From: Acidisphaera sp.
GTDB taxonomy: Bacteria; Pseudomonadota; Alphaproteobacteria; Acetobacterales; Acetobacteraceae
Assembly (NCBI GenBank): GCA_019240635.1
Contig: JAFAYA010000103.1
Location: 10,021-74,020, forward strand
Length of the DNA stretch: 64,000 nt
Direction of reading: 5' to 3'
In this document: positions 50,692 through 59,885 of the stretch, piece after piece
How positions within the stretch are numbered: the stretch's first letter is position 1
Layout of the letters: each line of letters begins with the position of its first letter
The notes under the pieces: model-generated
The model's database searches: none
What the model saw: only the letters and a program-made list of their open reading frames with translations
Told to the model about the DNA's origin: nothing
Made by a program: the position numbers and the translations under genes

Positions 50692-52014
50692 ATGACAATC
50701 ACCCGGCGTGCCGCGATGGGCGCGGCGCTCGCGCTGCCCGCGGCGAACCTCGTGCGCGCCGCGCGCGCCGCCGAGCCCGTCGCCATCGACCTGTTCTTCC
50801 CGGTGCCGGTGCAGGGCATGCTGGCCAACGAGATGCAGACGCTGATCGAGCGCTTCAACGGCCAGCAGCCGGAAGTGCGGGTCACCGCGGCCTACACCGG
50901 CAGCTACGACGACACCAACCTCAAGACCCGTGCCGCCATCAAGGCCGGGCGACCACCCGCTGCCGTCATCATGTCCGCCAATTTCGTGCGGGAATACGTG
51001 ATCAACGACGAGGTGGACGCCTTCGACGACCTGATCGGCCAGGACGGCAAGACGCCGAGCGAATACATGGACGCGTTCTGGCCGGCGCTGCGGCCGAACG
51101 CCGTGATCGACGGGCGCGTCTACGGCATTCCCTTCCAGAACTCGACGCCGCTGCTCTACTATGGCGTCGATGCGTTCAGGGACGCCGGGCTCGATCCCGA
51201 CCACCCGCCGGCGACCTGGGCGGAGTGGGTGGACGCGGCGGTCAAGCTGACCAGGCCGAACGGCCAGCGCTGGGGCCTGATGTTCCCGGGCACCTACGAC
51301 TACTGCGGCTGGATCACCAGCGGGCTCGTCATGTCCAACGGCGGCCAATATTTCAACCACGACTACGGCGGGGAGGTGTTCTACGACGCGCCGAGCGCAC
51401 TGGGCGCGCTGTCGCTGCTCGACCTGATGGTCAACAAGCACAAGGCGATTCCACCCGGCGTGTCGGACGCCAACGCCTGCACCGGCGCGTTCTTCGCCGG
51501 CCGCACCGGCATGATGGTGCTCTCCACGGGCTCGCTGAGCTTCGTGCGCAGCAACATGAAGTCGCCGTATCGCGTCGCCTTCATGCCGCGCAACCTGCGC
51601 AACGCGGCGCCGATCGGCGGCGGCTCGCTGATCCTGCCGAAGGGCAACACGCCGGAGCGTCGGCAGGCCGCGTGGAAGCTCGTCAACTGGCTGACCAGTC
51701 CGGAAATATCCGGCGAATGGAGCCGCTTCACCGGATATTTCGCGCCGCGCAAGGCGGCGTACGACCTGCCGGATATGAAGGCATACGTGCAGCAGTATCC
51801 GGACGCCAAGGTGGCGCTCGACCAGCTGCAGTACGCGGTGCCGTGGTTCGACACCTACAGCACCGTCGCGGTGCGCAAGGCAATGGAGGACCAGGTGCAG
51901 GCGCTCCTGTCCGCCAAGACCACGCCGGCGGAGGCGGCGGCGGCGGCGCAGAAGGGTGCCGACGCCTTGCTGCGTCCCTATGTCGAGCGCACGGCATTGA
52001 AGCTGCCGGCCTGA
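50692..52014 (+). CDS. Extracellular solute-binding protein (family 1), Tat-type signal
   Basis: TRRAAMGAALALPA twin-arginine leader. About 440 aa, typical of sugar/polyol binding proteins. Confidence 0.85.
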   Translation: MTITRRAAMGAALALPAANLVRAARAAEPVAIDLFFPVPVQGMLANEMQTLIERFNGQQPEVRVTAAYTGSYDDTNLKTRAAIKAGRPPAAVIMSANFVREYVINDEVDAFDDLIGQDGKTPSEYMDAFWPALRPNAVIDGRVYGIPFQNSTPLLYYGVDAFRDAGLDPDHPPATWAEWVDAAVKLTRPNGQRWGLMFPGTYDYCGWITSGLVMSNGGQYFNHDYGGEVFYDAPSALGALSLLDLMVNKHKAIPPGVSDANACTGAFFAGRTGMMVLSTGSLSFVRSNMKSPYRVAFMPRNLRNAAPIGGGSLILPKGNTPERRQAAWKLVNWLTSPEISGEWSRFTGYFAPRKAAYDLPDMKAYVQQYPDAKVALDQLQYAVPWFDTYSTVAVRKAMEDQVQALLSAKTTPAEAAAAAQKGADALLRPYVERTALKLPA

Positions 52015-52027
52015 GCCGCGGCCCGTA

Positions 52028-52744
52028 TCAGGCGATTCCCATGTAGATCCGCTGCACCTCCGTGTTCCCCGCCAGCTCCTCCGCCGGCCCCTCCAGCACG
52101 GTGCGCCCGGTCTGCAGCACGTAGGCGTAGTCGGCAAGTTCCAGCGCCAGTTCCACCGACTGCTCGGCGAGCAGCAGCGGCAGCCCGGTCTCATTCAGCT
52201 GCACCAGCGCCTCGTACATCCGCTCCACTACCGCCGGCGCGAGGCCGAGGCTCGGCTCATCCAGCATCAACAGCTGCGGGTCACTCATCAGCGCCCGGCC
52301 GAGCGCCAGCATCTGCCGCTCGCCGCCCGAAAGCGTGCCGGCGCGCTGCCGGCGCCGCTCCGCCAGGCGCGGAAACAGCGCATAGACGCGCTCCAGCATC
52401 GCCGCCGCGCGGCTACGATCGGCGAGCACCGTCGCGCCCAGCCGCAGATTCTGCTCGACGCTCTGCTGCACGAACAGCCGCCAGCCCTCGGGCGACAGCG
52501 CCAGGCCCTGGGCAACGATCGCGTGCGCCGGCCGGCCGGCGATGTCGCGGCCCTGCCAGGCGATGCGGCCCGCCGCAGGCGGCACCAGCCCAGCGATGGC
52601 GTTCAGCGTCGTCGTCTTGCCCGCGCCGTTGGCGCCGAGCAGCGCCACCACCGAACCCGCCGGCACGGCGATCGAGATGTCGGCCACCCCGACCAGGTCG
52701 CCGTAGCGCACCGCCAGGTGCTGCACCGAGAGCACCGCGCTCAT
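52028..52744 (-). CDS. livF: Branched-chain amino acid ABC transporter ATP-binding protein
   Basis: GANGAGKTT, LSGGERQML, LMLDEPS. 238 aa. Confidence 0.9.
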   Translation of the reverse strand: MSAVLSVQHLAVRYGDLVGVADISIAVPAGSVVALLGANGAGKTTTLNAIAGLVPPAAGRIAWQGRDIAGRPAHAIVAQGLALSPEGWRLFVQQSVEQNLRLGATVLADRSRAAAMLERVYALFPRLAERRRQRAGTLSGGERQMLALGRALMSDPQLLMLDEPSLGLAPAVVERMYEALVQLNETGLPLLLAEQSVELALELADYAYVLQTGRTVLEGPAEELAGNTEVQRIYMGIA

Positions 52745-53502
52745 GGCGGATTTCGCCGCCGGCGCAGCCGCCGACCCGCAAGGCTGCGCCCGATATACGC
52801 CTCGACCACCGCGGGATCGTCCACCACCGCCCGCGGCACGCCCTCGGCGATCACCTTGCCCTGGTTGAACACGACCGCCCGCTCGGCGAGCGACAGGATG
52901 ACCTCCATGATGTGCTCGACGACGATCAGCGTGATGCCGCGCGCGTGCAGTCCGCGCACGAAGCCGATGGCGTCGCGCACCTCGGTCGGGTTGAGCCCGG
53001 CCAGCGCCTCGTCGAGCAGCAGCAGACGCGGCTCGGTGGCCAGCGCGCGGGCGATCTCCAGCCGCTTGCGCCCGGGCGTACCGAGGCCGCCCGCCCGCGC
53101 CTCCGCCTGCCGCGCGAGCCCGGTGACCTCCAGCATCTCGCGCGCCCGCTCGCGTGCGTCGCGGCGGTGCGGATGGCGCAGGAAAGCGCCGACCATCACG
53201 TTCTCCAGCACCGTCATGTCCTCGAAGGTGACGGGCACCTGAAAACTGCGCGCCATGCCAGCGCGGGCGTGCGCGTCGGCCGGCGCGCGCGTCACCTCCT
53301 GGCCGGCGAAGCGGATGAGCCCGGCAGTCGGCTGGGTGTCGCCGGCCAGGCAGTTGAAGAAGGTGCTCTTGCCGGCGCCGTTCGGCCCGATCAGGCCGAC
53401 GATCTCACCCTCGCGCACGGTGAGCCCGGCGCCGTCCACGGCGCGGAAGCTGCCGAACGCCTTGACGATCCCGGTCGCCTCGAGCAGCGGTTCAGGCGGC
53501 AC
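52741..53502 (-). CDS. livG: Branched-chain amino acid ABC transporter ATP-binding protein
   Basis: GPNGAGKST, RLEIARAL, LLLDE. 253 aa. Confidence 0.9.
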   Translation of the reverse strand: MPPEPLLEATGIVKAFGSFRAVDGAGLTVREGEIVGLIGPNGAGKSTFFNCLAGDTQPTAGLIRFAGQEVTRAPADAHARAGMARSFQVPVTFEDMTVLENVMVGAFLRHPHRRDARERAREMLEVTGLARQAEARAGGLGTPGRKRLEIARALATEPRLLLLDEALAGLNPTEVRDAIGFVRGLHARGITLIVVEHIMEVILSLAERAVVFNQGKVIAEGVPRAVVDDPAVVEAYIGRSLAGRRLRRRRNPP

Positions 53503-54436
53503 GCCGCGGTCGCCAGTGCAGCAGCTCGAGCAGCCCGCCCGGCCGGAACCGCGCGATCGCCAGGATGATGGCGCCGTAGACGATGTAGGTCAGCCCGCTG
53601 CCACTGCCGCCGAACGCCGCGTTGGTCGCCTGCTGCACCGGCACCAGGATCACCGCGCCGAGCACGGGCCCGAACAGCGTGCCCGCGCCGCCCAGCGCCG
53701 CGACGATCACCATCTGCACGGAAACCAGGATACCCAGCACGCTCTCCGGATCGACATAGCCGACCATCACCGCGTACAGCGACCCGGCGAGTGCGGTGAA
53801 CCCGGCCGACAGCAGCAGCGCGACCAGCTTGTAGCGCAGCACCGGCACGCCGAGGCTGAGCGCCGCGCGCTCGCCGGCGCGGACCGCGCGCAGGTAGTAG
53901 CCGGTGCGGCTGCGCGCCATCGCCCAGGTCACCCACAGCAGTGCCGCCTCGACCGCGGCGAAGATGTAGAAATACGGCAGCGGGCTGAGGAACGAGAGGT
54001 CAGCCAGGCCGCGCGGCACCGCCGGCCCCATCAGCCCGACCGCCGCGCCGAGCAGCGGCCAGTTGCCGACGACGATGCGGATCAGCTCGGCCACCGCGAT
54101 CGTCGCCATCGAGAAATAGTGGCCGCGCAGCCGGAAGGTCGGCACTCCTATCAGCAGCGCCAGCACCAGCGAGACCGCGATGCCGAACGGCGCGCCGGCG
54201 ATCGGCGGCCAGGCGAACAGCTTGAACACCAGCAGCGATGCATAGGCGCCGGCGCCGAAGAACACCGCGTGGCCGATCGAGACCTGCCCGGCGTAGCCGC
54301 CGATCAGGTTCCAGGCGGAGGCGGAGATCGCGGTCAGCAGCACCAGTGCCGCGACGCGCTGTATGAACGGGTCGCCCACCGCCGCCGGCGCGGCCAGCAG
54401 CAGCACCACCGCGGCGACGCCGAGACCGATCCTCAC
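53492..54436 (-). CDS. livM: Branched-chain amino acid ABC transporter permease
   Basis: WNLIGGYAGQVSIGHAVFFGAGAY signature. The GTG start overlaps the livH stop (GTGA). Confidence 0.85.
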   Translation of the reverse strand: MRIGLGVAAVVLLLAAPAAVGDPFIQRVAALVLLTAISASAWNLIGGYAGQVSIGHAVFFGAGAYASLLVFKLFAWPPIAGAPFGIAVSLVLALLIGVPTFRLRGHYFSMATIAVAELIRIVVGNWPLLGAAVGLMGPAVPRGLADLSFLSPLPYFYIFAAVEAALLWVTWAMARSRTGYYLRAVRAGERAALSLGVPVLRYKLVALLLSAGFTALAGSLYAVMVGYVDPESVLGILVSVQMVIVAALGGAGTLFGPVLGAVILVPVQQATNAAFGGSGSGLTYIVYGAIILAIARFRPGGLLELLHWRPRRAA

Positions 54437-55290
54437 GCCTGCCCCAGCAGCCCCTGCGGGCGGAACCACAGCAGCACCACGAACAGCGCATAGACAACGA
54501 CGTCCTGATAGACCGCGCCGATCAGGTATGCGGAGAGCGCCTCGATAACGCCGATCGCCAGCCCCGCGAGCAGCGCCCCCGGCACGCTGCCGAACCCGCC
54601 GAGGCAGACCGTGACGAATGCGATCAGCGCCAGCGATTCCCCGACCGTCGGGGATATGTAGTAGAACATTGCGATCAGCGCGCCGGCGATGCCGGTGCTG
54701 GCGGCACCGATGCCCCAGGCCAGGCCCTGCATGCGGTCCGGCCGGATGCCGACCAGCTGCGCCGCCGCGCGGTCCTCGGCCACCGCCAGCAGCCGGCTTC
54801 CGAGTGCGGTGCGTGTAAGCAGCAGGTGCAGGCCGACCGTCAGCACCAGCGCGACCGCCCCGGCGAGCAGCCGTGCCGCCTGCAGGCGCAGCCCGCCGAT
54901 CGCCACCGTGCCGCCGACCAGCGTGTCCGGCAGCGTCACGAAATTCGCCGAGAAGATCCAGAACGCGGTGTAGCGCAGCAGCAGCGCGAGGCCGAACGTC
55001 GACAGGATTTGCGCCAGCATCGGCCCGCGCGTCACGTGGCGGATGATTGCCGCGTAGACGAACAGGCCGAGCAGGAACAGCAGCGCGGCGGCCAGCGGCA
55101 CGAACACCAGCGGCGGCAGGTGCAGCAGCGTGTAGGCGACGAAGGCCACGTACATCGCCAGCATCACGAAGTCGCCATGCGCGAAGTTCACCACGTTCAT
55201 CATGCCCCAGATCAGCGTCAGCCCGGAGGAGAACAGGGCGTAGACGGCGCCGAGCAGCAGGCCGCTGACGATGACCTGGGCGAGGATCAC
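54433..55290 (-). CDS. livH: Branched-chain amino acid ABC transporter permease
   Basis: LLLGAVYALFSSGLTLIWGMMNVVNFAHGDF signature. GTG 55290 chosen. Confidence 0.85.
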   Translation of the reverse strand: MILAQVIVSGLLLGAVYALFSSGLTLIWGMMNVVNFAHGDFVMLAMYVAFVAYTLLHLPPLVFVPLAAALLFLLGLFVYAAIIRHVTRGPMLAQILSTFGLALLLRYTAFWIFSANFVTLPDTLVGGTVAIGGLRLQAARLLAGAVALVLTVGLHLLLTRTALGSRLLAVAEDRAAAQLVGIRPDRMQGLAWGIGAASTGIAGALIAMFYYISPTVGESLALIAFVTVCLGGFGSVPGALLAGLAIGVIEALSAYLIGAVYQDVVVYALFVVLLWFRPQGLLGQA

Positions 55291-55960
55291 CGGCCGGCGT
55301 GGCGGGCGGTGAACGAGACGGGCCAGTGACCGGCGCCGGCGCGCATGCCGTTGGCACTCCGCGGATTGCCTTGGAACCGTGGCGTTCGGCCTGACGTGGG
55401 GTTTGGCCGGACCTCCGATGCTGGCACGCCCTCCGCTGACGCGTCGAGCGGAACGATCGCGCTGTGCGCGACTGGGCCTTGCTGCGGCGCGGAGGTGCTG
55501 GCCTTGTCGGCACGCTCGCCGCACGGCATACAATCGTCAGCCTGCTTGCGGTGGGCCGCGAGCCGAAATAACCATTGGTTGACAAGGTGATCGAGACATT
55601 TCCTGCACCTGAGCGTGATGTGGCTTGGGTGCCGATCCTATGTGGCCGCTGGGCCACAGCATCTCGCGCGTAGCGCGCATAAAAGTAGACAATGCATAAA
55701 AAATTTGACAATCGGGGCTTAACCCGGCATTACCGGCAACGAAAGTTGTGGCGGCGGTGAACCGGAACGGAAGGGAATTGTTAACCACCGCGTCGGCGTC
55801 GCCCAACACGGCGCCCGTCGCCTTCCATCGAAAAACGGCTGGAGAGACCACCGGATCAAGCCCGGGGGCCGCAGGGACGATGGCGTCCGCGGCAACCCCG
55901 AGCCGGACGGGACAGAGCAGGACAGGGCCGGGCATCGCACCCGGGAGTTTGGGGAAGACA

Positions 55961-56704
55961 ATGTATATCACGTCCGAAACGGTCATCGCGCGCCAGCCGA
56001 TCACCACCGCGATCAAGCTGTTCGCCGACGGCGCCAACCTCGACGACATGCTGCGCATCTACACCGCCGGTGAGGCGGACGGCTTCACCACCAATCCGAC
56101 CCTGCTGCGCAAGGCCGGTGTGACCGACTTCGCCGCCTTCGCCCGCACCGTGCTGGCGCACATCACCGACCTGCCGATCTCCTTCGAGGTGTTCTCGGAC
56201 GAGTTCGCGGAGATGGAGGTGCAGGCCCGCCGCCTCGCATCATGGGGTCGCAACGTCTACGTCAAGATCCCCATCACCAACACCGCCGGGCAGAGCTCGG
56301 TCCCGCTGATCCGCACGCTGTCGCGCGACGGCATCAAGGTGAACGCCACCGCCATCATGACGCTGCGCCAGGTCGCGCAGACGCTGGAGGTGCTGGCCGA
56401 CGACGTGCCGGCGGTGGTCTCCATCTTCGCCGGACGCATCGCCGACACCGGGCGCGATCCGGTCCCCGTGATGAGCGCCGCGGTCGCGATGGCGGCGAGC
56501 AAGCCGGCGGCCGAGATCCTGTGGGCCAGCCCGCGCGAGGTGTTCAACATCCACCAGGCGCAGGCCTGCGGCTGCCATATCATCACCGCGACCCCCGATA
56601 TTCTGAAGAAGCTGAGTATGGCGGGCATGGACCTCGACCGGCTGTCACAGGACACCGTGCGCATGTTCCGCCAGGACGTGCTGGCCGCCGGGTATCAGCT
56701 CTAG
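55961..56704 (+). CDS. Transaldolase-family protein (small TalC/FSA-type)
   Basis: FADGANLDD, GFTTNPTLL and VKIPIT (Schiff-base Lys context). GGGAG...GGGGAAG lies upstream of ATG 55961. Confidence 0.8.
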   Translation: MYITSETVIARQPITTAIKLFADGANLDDMLRIYTAGEADGFTTNPTLLRKAGVTDFAAFARTVLAHITDLPISFEVFSDEFAEMEVQARRLASWGRNVYVKIPITNTAGQSSVPLIRTLSRDGIKVNATAIMTLRQVAQTLEVLADDVPAVVSIFAGRIADTGRDPVPVMSAAVAMAASKPAAEILWASPREVFNIHQAQACGCHIITATPDILKKLSMAGMDLDRLSQDTVRMFRQDVLAAGYQL

Positions 56705-56709
56705 AAAAA

Positions 56710-56830
56710 GGCCAGGGGCGCTGCCCCTGGACCCCGGCAAAGGCAGAGCCTTTGCAATCCTTCACTTGAAGTAAAGGGGTCTGGGGCATTGCCCCAGCGG
56801 GGTCCAGGGGCAGAGCCCCTGGCCTTGCCT
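56710..56830. repeat. Palindromic intergenic repeat, copy B (two inverted arms, MITE-like)
   Basis: 56711-56736 is the exact reverse complement of 62509-62534. The direct arm at 56781-56823 carries the shared core. Confidence 0.85.
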
Positions 56831-56849
56831 TCTCCCCGGAGACGACCCG

Positions 56850-57614
56850 ATGCCGATGCCCCCCGCCCTGGTCCTCGCCGCCGGCCTCGGCACGCGCATC
56901 CGCGCCGTCGCCGGCGACCTGCCCAAGCCGCTGATCCCGTTCGGCGGCCAACCGATCCTTGCCCACAATCTGCGCTGGCTGGCGGCCGGCGGGGTGCGGG
57001 ACGTCTGGATCAACCTGCACTACAACGCCCGGCGCATCACCGAACTCGTGGGCGACGGCGCCGGCTTCGGCCTGCGCATCCGCACGCTGTTCGAGCCGGA
57101 GCTGCTGGGGACCGCCGGCGCGCTCGCCAATCTCGCCACCCAGGCACCCGAGGCGGTGCCCGGCGCGGTGCTCGTCGTCTATGGCGACAACCTGCTGCGC
57201 TTCGATCTCGCGGCGCTGCTCGCCGCGCATCGCCGGCGCGACGCCGCCGCGACGATCGCGCTGTTCGATCGCGACAGTCACGTCCATACCGGCATCGCCG
57301 GCGGCCGCGTCGAAACCGGCGCCGACGGCCGCGTGCTCGCCTTCCGCGAGGGCGGCGCGCCGATCGCCGGGCGCGATCTCGTCAACGCCGGCGTCTACGT
57401 CGTCGAGCCCGCGGTGCGCCGGCTGATCGTGCCGCGCAACGGCGGCCCGGCCGTGGATTTCGGTCGCGACGTGTTCCCCGCCATGCTGCGCGAAGGCTTG
57501 CCGCTGTTCGGCCACGTCATCGAGGACGAGGGGTTCTGCCTCGGCCTCGACACGCCGGAGAGCCACGCCGCCGGCACCGCCCTGCTCGACGCCGGCCGGA
57601 TCGTGCTCGCCTGA
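56850..57614 (+). CDS. hddC: Sugar-phosphate nucleotidyltransferase (HddC-like D-glycero-alpha-D-manno-heptose-1-phosphate guanylyltransferase by context)
   Basis: LAAGLGTRIR.....PKPLIP NTP-transferase signature. Sits in the operon with gmhB, gmhA and hddA. Confidence 0.7.
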   Translation: MPMPPALVLAAGLGTRIRAVAGDLPKPLIPFGGQPILAHNLRWLAAGGVRDVWINLHYNARRITELVGDGAGFGLRIRTLFEPELLGTAGALANLATQAPEAVPGAVLVVYGDNLLRFDLAALLAAHRRRDAAATIALFDRDSHVHTGIAGGRVETGADGRVLAFREGGAPIAGRDLVNAGVYVVEPAVRRLIVPRNGGPAVDFGRDVFPAMLREGLPLFGHVIEDEGFCLGLDTPESHAAGTALLDAGRIVLA

Positions 57615-58183
57615 TGCGCCCGCCCGGAAAGCACCCTGCGCTAAGGCACCGGGCCGTGTTCCTCGACCGCGACGGCGTGCTCAACGCCGTGGTCATGCGC
57701 GACGGCAAGCCGGCCTCGCCGCGCCGCCCCGAGGAGTTCGTGCTCGAGTCCGGGGTGGAGGACGCGCTCGGCCGGCTGCACGCCGCCGGGCTGAAGCTGT
57801 TCGTCGTCACCAACCAGCCGGATGTCAGCCGCGGCCTGATGGACGACGCGGCGCTGGACGCGATGCACCGGACACTGCGCGAGCGCCTGCCGATCGCCGA
57901 GATCGCCTGCTGCCGGCATGACGATGCGCAGGGTTGTGCCTGCCGCAAGCCCAAGCCCGGCATGCTGCTCGATCTCGCCACGCGCTGGGATTTGGCCCTG
58001 GCAAAGAGCGTGATGATCGGCGATCAGGACCGCGACATGGCGTGCGGCCGCGCCGCCGGCTGCGCCACGATCCAGCTCGCACGGCCGTACAACAGCGGCG
58101 CCGGCGCGCAGCACAGGGTTGCCGATCTGGCCGCCGCGGTCGCCATAATCCTGCAACAGCTCGGGTCCAGTATCGCCGCCTGA
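57614..58183 (+). CDS. gmhB: D,D-heptose 1,7-bisphosphate phosphatase (HAD)
   Basis: FLDRDGVLN (DxD), VVTNQ, and the Zn/GmhB motif CCRHDDAQGCACRKPKPGM. GDQDRD. Confidence 0.8.
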   Translation: MRPPGKHPALRHRAVFLDRDGVLNAVVMRDGKPASPRRPEEFVLESGVEDALGRLHAAGLKLFVVTNQPDVSRGLMDDAALDAMHRTLRERLPIAEIACCRHDDAQGCACRKPKPGMLLDLATRWDLALAKSVMIGDQDRDMACGRAAGCATIQLARPYNSGAGAQHRVADLAAAVAIILQQLGSSIAA

Positions 58184-58254
58184 CTGCGACGCGTCCGTTT
58201 CATCGTCCGTTAGCGCCTCGCTCCTAGAAGGCCCTCCAGCAGCAAGGCAGACCG

Positions 58255-58860
58255 ATGTTCTCCGCGCATTTCCTCGCCGCCCTGCAGACCGCCCTGGGCC
58301 GCATCGACCACGCGGCGATCGAGGCGATGGCGCACGACCTCGCGGCGGTGCGCGCGCGCGGCGGCCGCCTGTTCATCCTCGGCGTCGGCGGCGGTGCCGG
58401 CCACGCCGGCCACGCGGTGAACGATTTCCGCAAGATTTGCGGCTTCGAGGCTTACGCGCCGACCGACAACGTCTCCGAACTGACCGCCCGCATCAATGAC
58501 GAGGGCTGGGAAGGCTGCTACGCCGCCTGGCTGGACGGCAGCCGGCTGCGCGCGGAGGACGGGCTTCTGGTGTTCTCGGTCGGCGGCGGCAGTGCCGAGC
58601 CGCCGGTCAGCATGAACATCGTGCGCGCGCTGGATCGCGCGCGTGCCGTCGGCGCCACCATCACCGGCGTCGTCGGCCGCTCCGGCGGCTACACGGCGGA
58701 GGTCGCCGACAGTTGCTGCGTCGTCCCGACCGTCGATCCGGCGCTGGTTACGCCGCTGGTCGAGGGCATGCAGGCGGTGGTCTGGCACCTGCTGGTGGCG
58801 CACCCCGCGCTGGCGCGGCAGGCCGGCAAGTGGGAGCAGCTCGCCGCCGCGGCGCAATGA
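58255..58860 (+). CDS. gmhA: SIS-domain sedoheptulose-7-phosphate isomerase
   Basis: SIS fold pattern (LFILGVGGGAGHAGHAVNDF, LLVFSVGGGS). The call rests on operon context. Confidence 0.7.
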   Translation: MFSAHFLAALQTALGRIDHAAIEAMAHDLAAVRARGGRLFILGVGGGAGHAGHAVNDFRKICGFEAYAPTDNVSELTARINDEGWEGCYAAWLDGSRLRAEDGLLVFSVGGGSAEPPVSMNIVRALDRARAVGATITGVVGRSGGYTAEVADSCCVVPTVDPALVTPLVEGMQAVVWHLLVAHPALARQAGKWEQLAAAAQ

Positions 58861-59885
58861 GCGCGGGACCGGCCGGCGTGGTCACCACCCGCACGCCGTT
58901 GCGCGTGACGCTCGGCGGCGGCGGGACCGATCTCGAGAGCTACTACCGCCACGGCGGCGGCTTCATCTTCGCGATGGCGCTCGACAAGTACATCCACGTG
59001 CACGCCCACCGCCCGGTGTTCGACCGGCGCGTCGTCGTCAATGGCGCGACGCTGGACGACGCGGACCCCTCGGCGCACCCGCTGGTCCGCGCCGCCCTGC
59101 GCCGGCACGACGTGGTGGACCGCTTCGAGCTGGCCTCGCTCGCCGACATCGCCGGTGGCACCGGCCTCGGCTCCTCCAGCTGCTTCCTGGTCGGCCTGCT
59201 GAACGCGTTGCACGCCATGGCCGGCCGGCGCGCCGGGGCGCCGGCGCTGGCCGAGGAAGCCTGCGCGCTGGAGATCAACGCGCTGGCGCGCGGCATCGGC
59301 AAGCAGGACCAGTACATGGCCGCGTTCGGCGGCCTGACCACCTTGCGCATCGCCGCGGACGGCACGGTCGCCGTGGCGCCCGTGGTGCTGGACGCGGACG
59401 TGGAGGCGGCCTTCCTGCGCCACACACACATCTACTACACCGGACTGCGGCGCGACGCCGCGGTGGTGCTGTCCGAGCAGAACACCGCGATGGCGGACGC
59501 GGGCAGCGGCCGCCACCAACAGGTGCAGGACAGCCTGGATTACATCCGCGATCTCGGCTACCGCATCCTCGCCGCCTGGCAGGCGGGCGACCTGGACGGC
59601 TGGGGACGCATGCTCGACGAGCACTGGCAGCACAAGAAGCGGCTCTCCAGCCGCATCAGCTGGCCGAAGATCGACGCTCTCTACGAGAGCGTGAAGCGCG
59701 CGCACGGCGTGCTCGGCGGCAAGGTGATCGGCGCCGGCGGCGGCGGCTTCCTGATGCTGTTCTGCCCCGGCGACGGCACCGCGCTGCAAGCCGCCATGCA
59801 CGAACAGGGCATGCCGCGCCTGCGCTACGCAATCGACCGGACCGGCAGCCGCGTGCTCTCCGCCACCCCACTCGATCCCCCGTGA
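58857..59885 (+). CDS. hddA: GHMP-family sugar kinase (HddA-like D-glycero-alpha-D-manno-heptose-7-phosphate kinase)
   Basis: RTPLRVTLGGGGTD N-terminus, GHMP motif II (GGTGLGSSS) and motif III (KVIGAGGGGF). ATGA overlap with gmhA. Confidence 0.75.
   Translation: MSAGPAGVVTTRTPLRVTLGGGGTDLESYYRHGGGFIFAMALDKYIHVHAHRPVFDRRVVVNGATLDDADPSAHPLVRAALRRHDVVDRFELASLADIAGGTGLGSSSCFLVGLLNALHAMAGRRAGAPALAEEACALEINALARGIGKQDQYMAAFGGLTTLRIAADGTVAVAPVVLDADVEAAFLRHTHIYYTGLRRDAAVVLSEQNTAMADAGSGRHQQVQDSLDYIRDLGYRILAAWQAGDLDGWGRMLDEHWQHKKRLSSRISWPKIDALYESVKRAHGVLGGKVIGAGGGGFLMLFCPGDGTALQAAMHEQGMPRLRYAIDRTGSRVLSATPLDPP

Noticed and set aside
55740-55960. Possible cobalamin riboswitch in the leader upstream of the transaldolase gene (GGAAGGGAAUUG..., and AAGCCCGGGGGCCGC resembling a B12 box)
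   Set aside because: Only partial matches by eye. The GGUG..AA..CC core segment is missing, and the B12-box-like string has several mismatches that are easy to get by chance in GC-rich DNA. There is no functional rationale for B12 control of a heptose operon. It needs Rfam cmscan before any claim.
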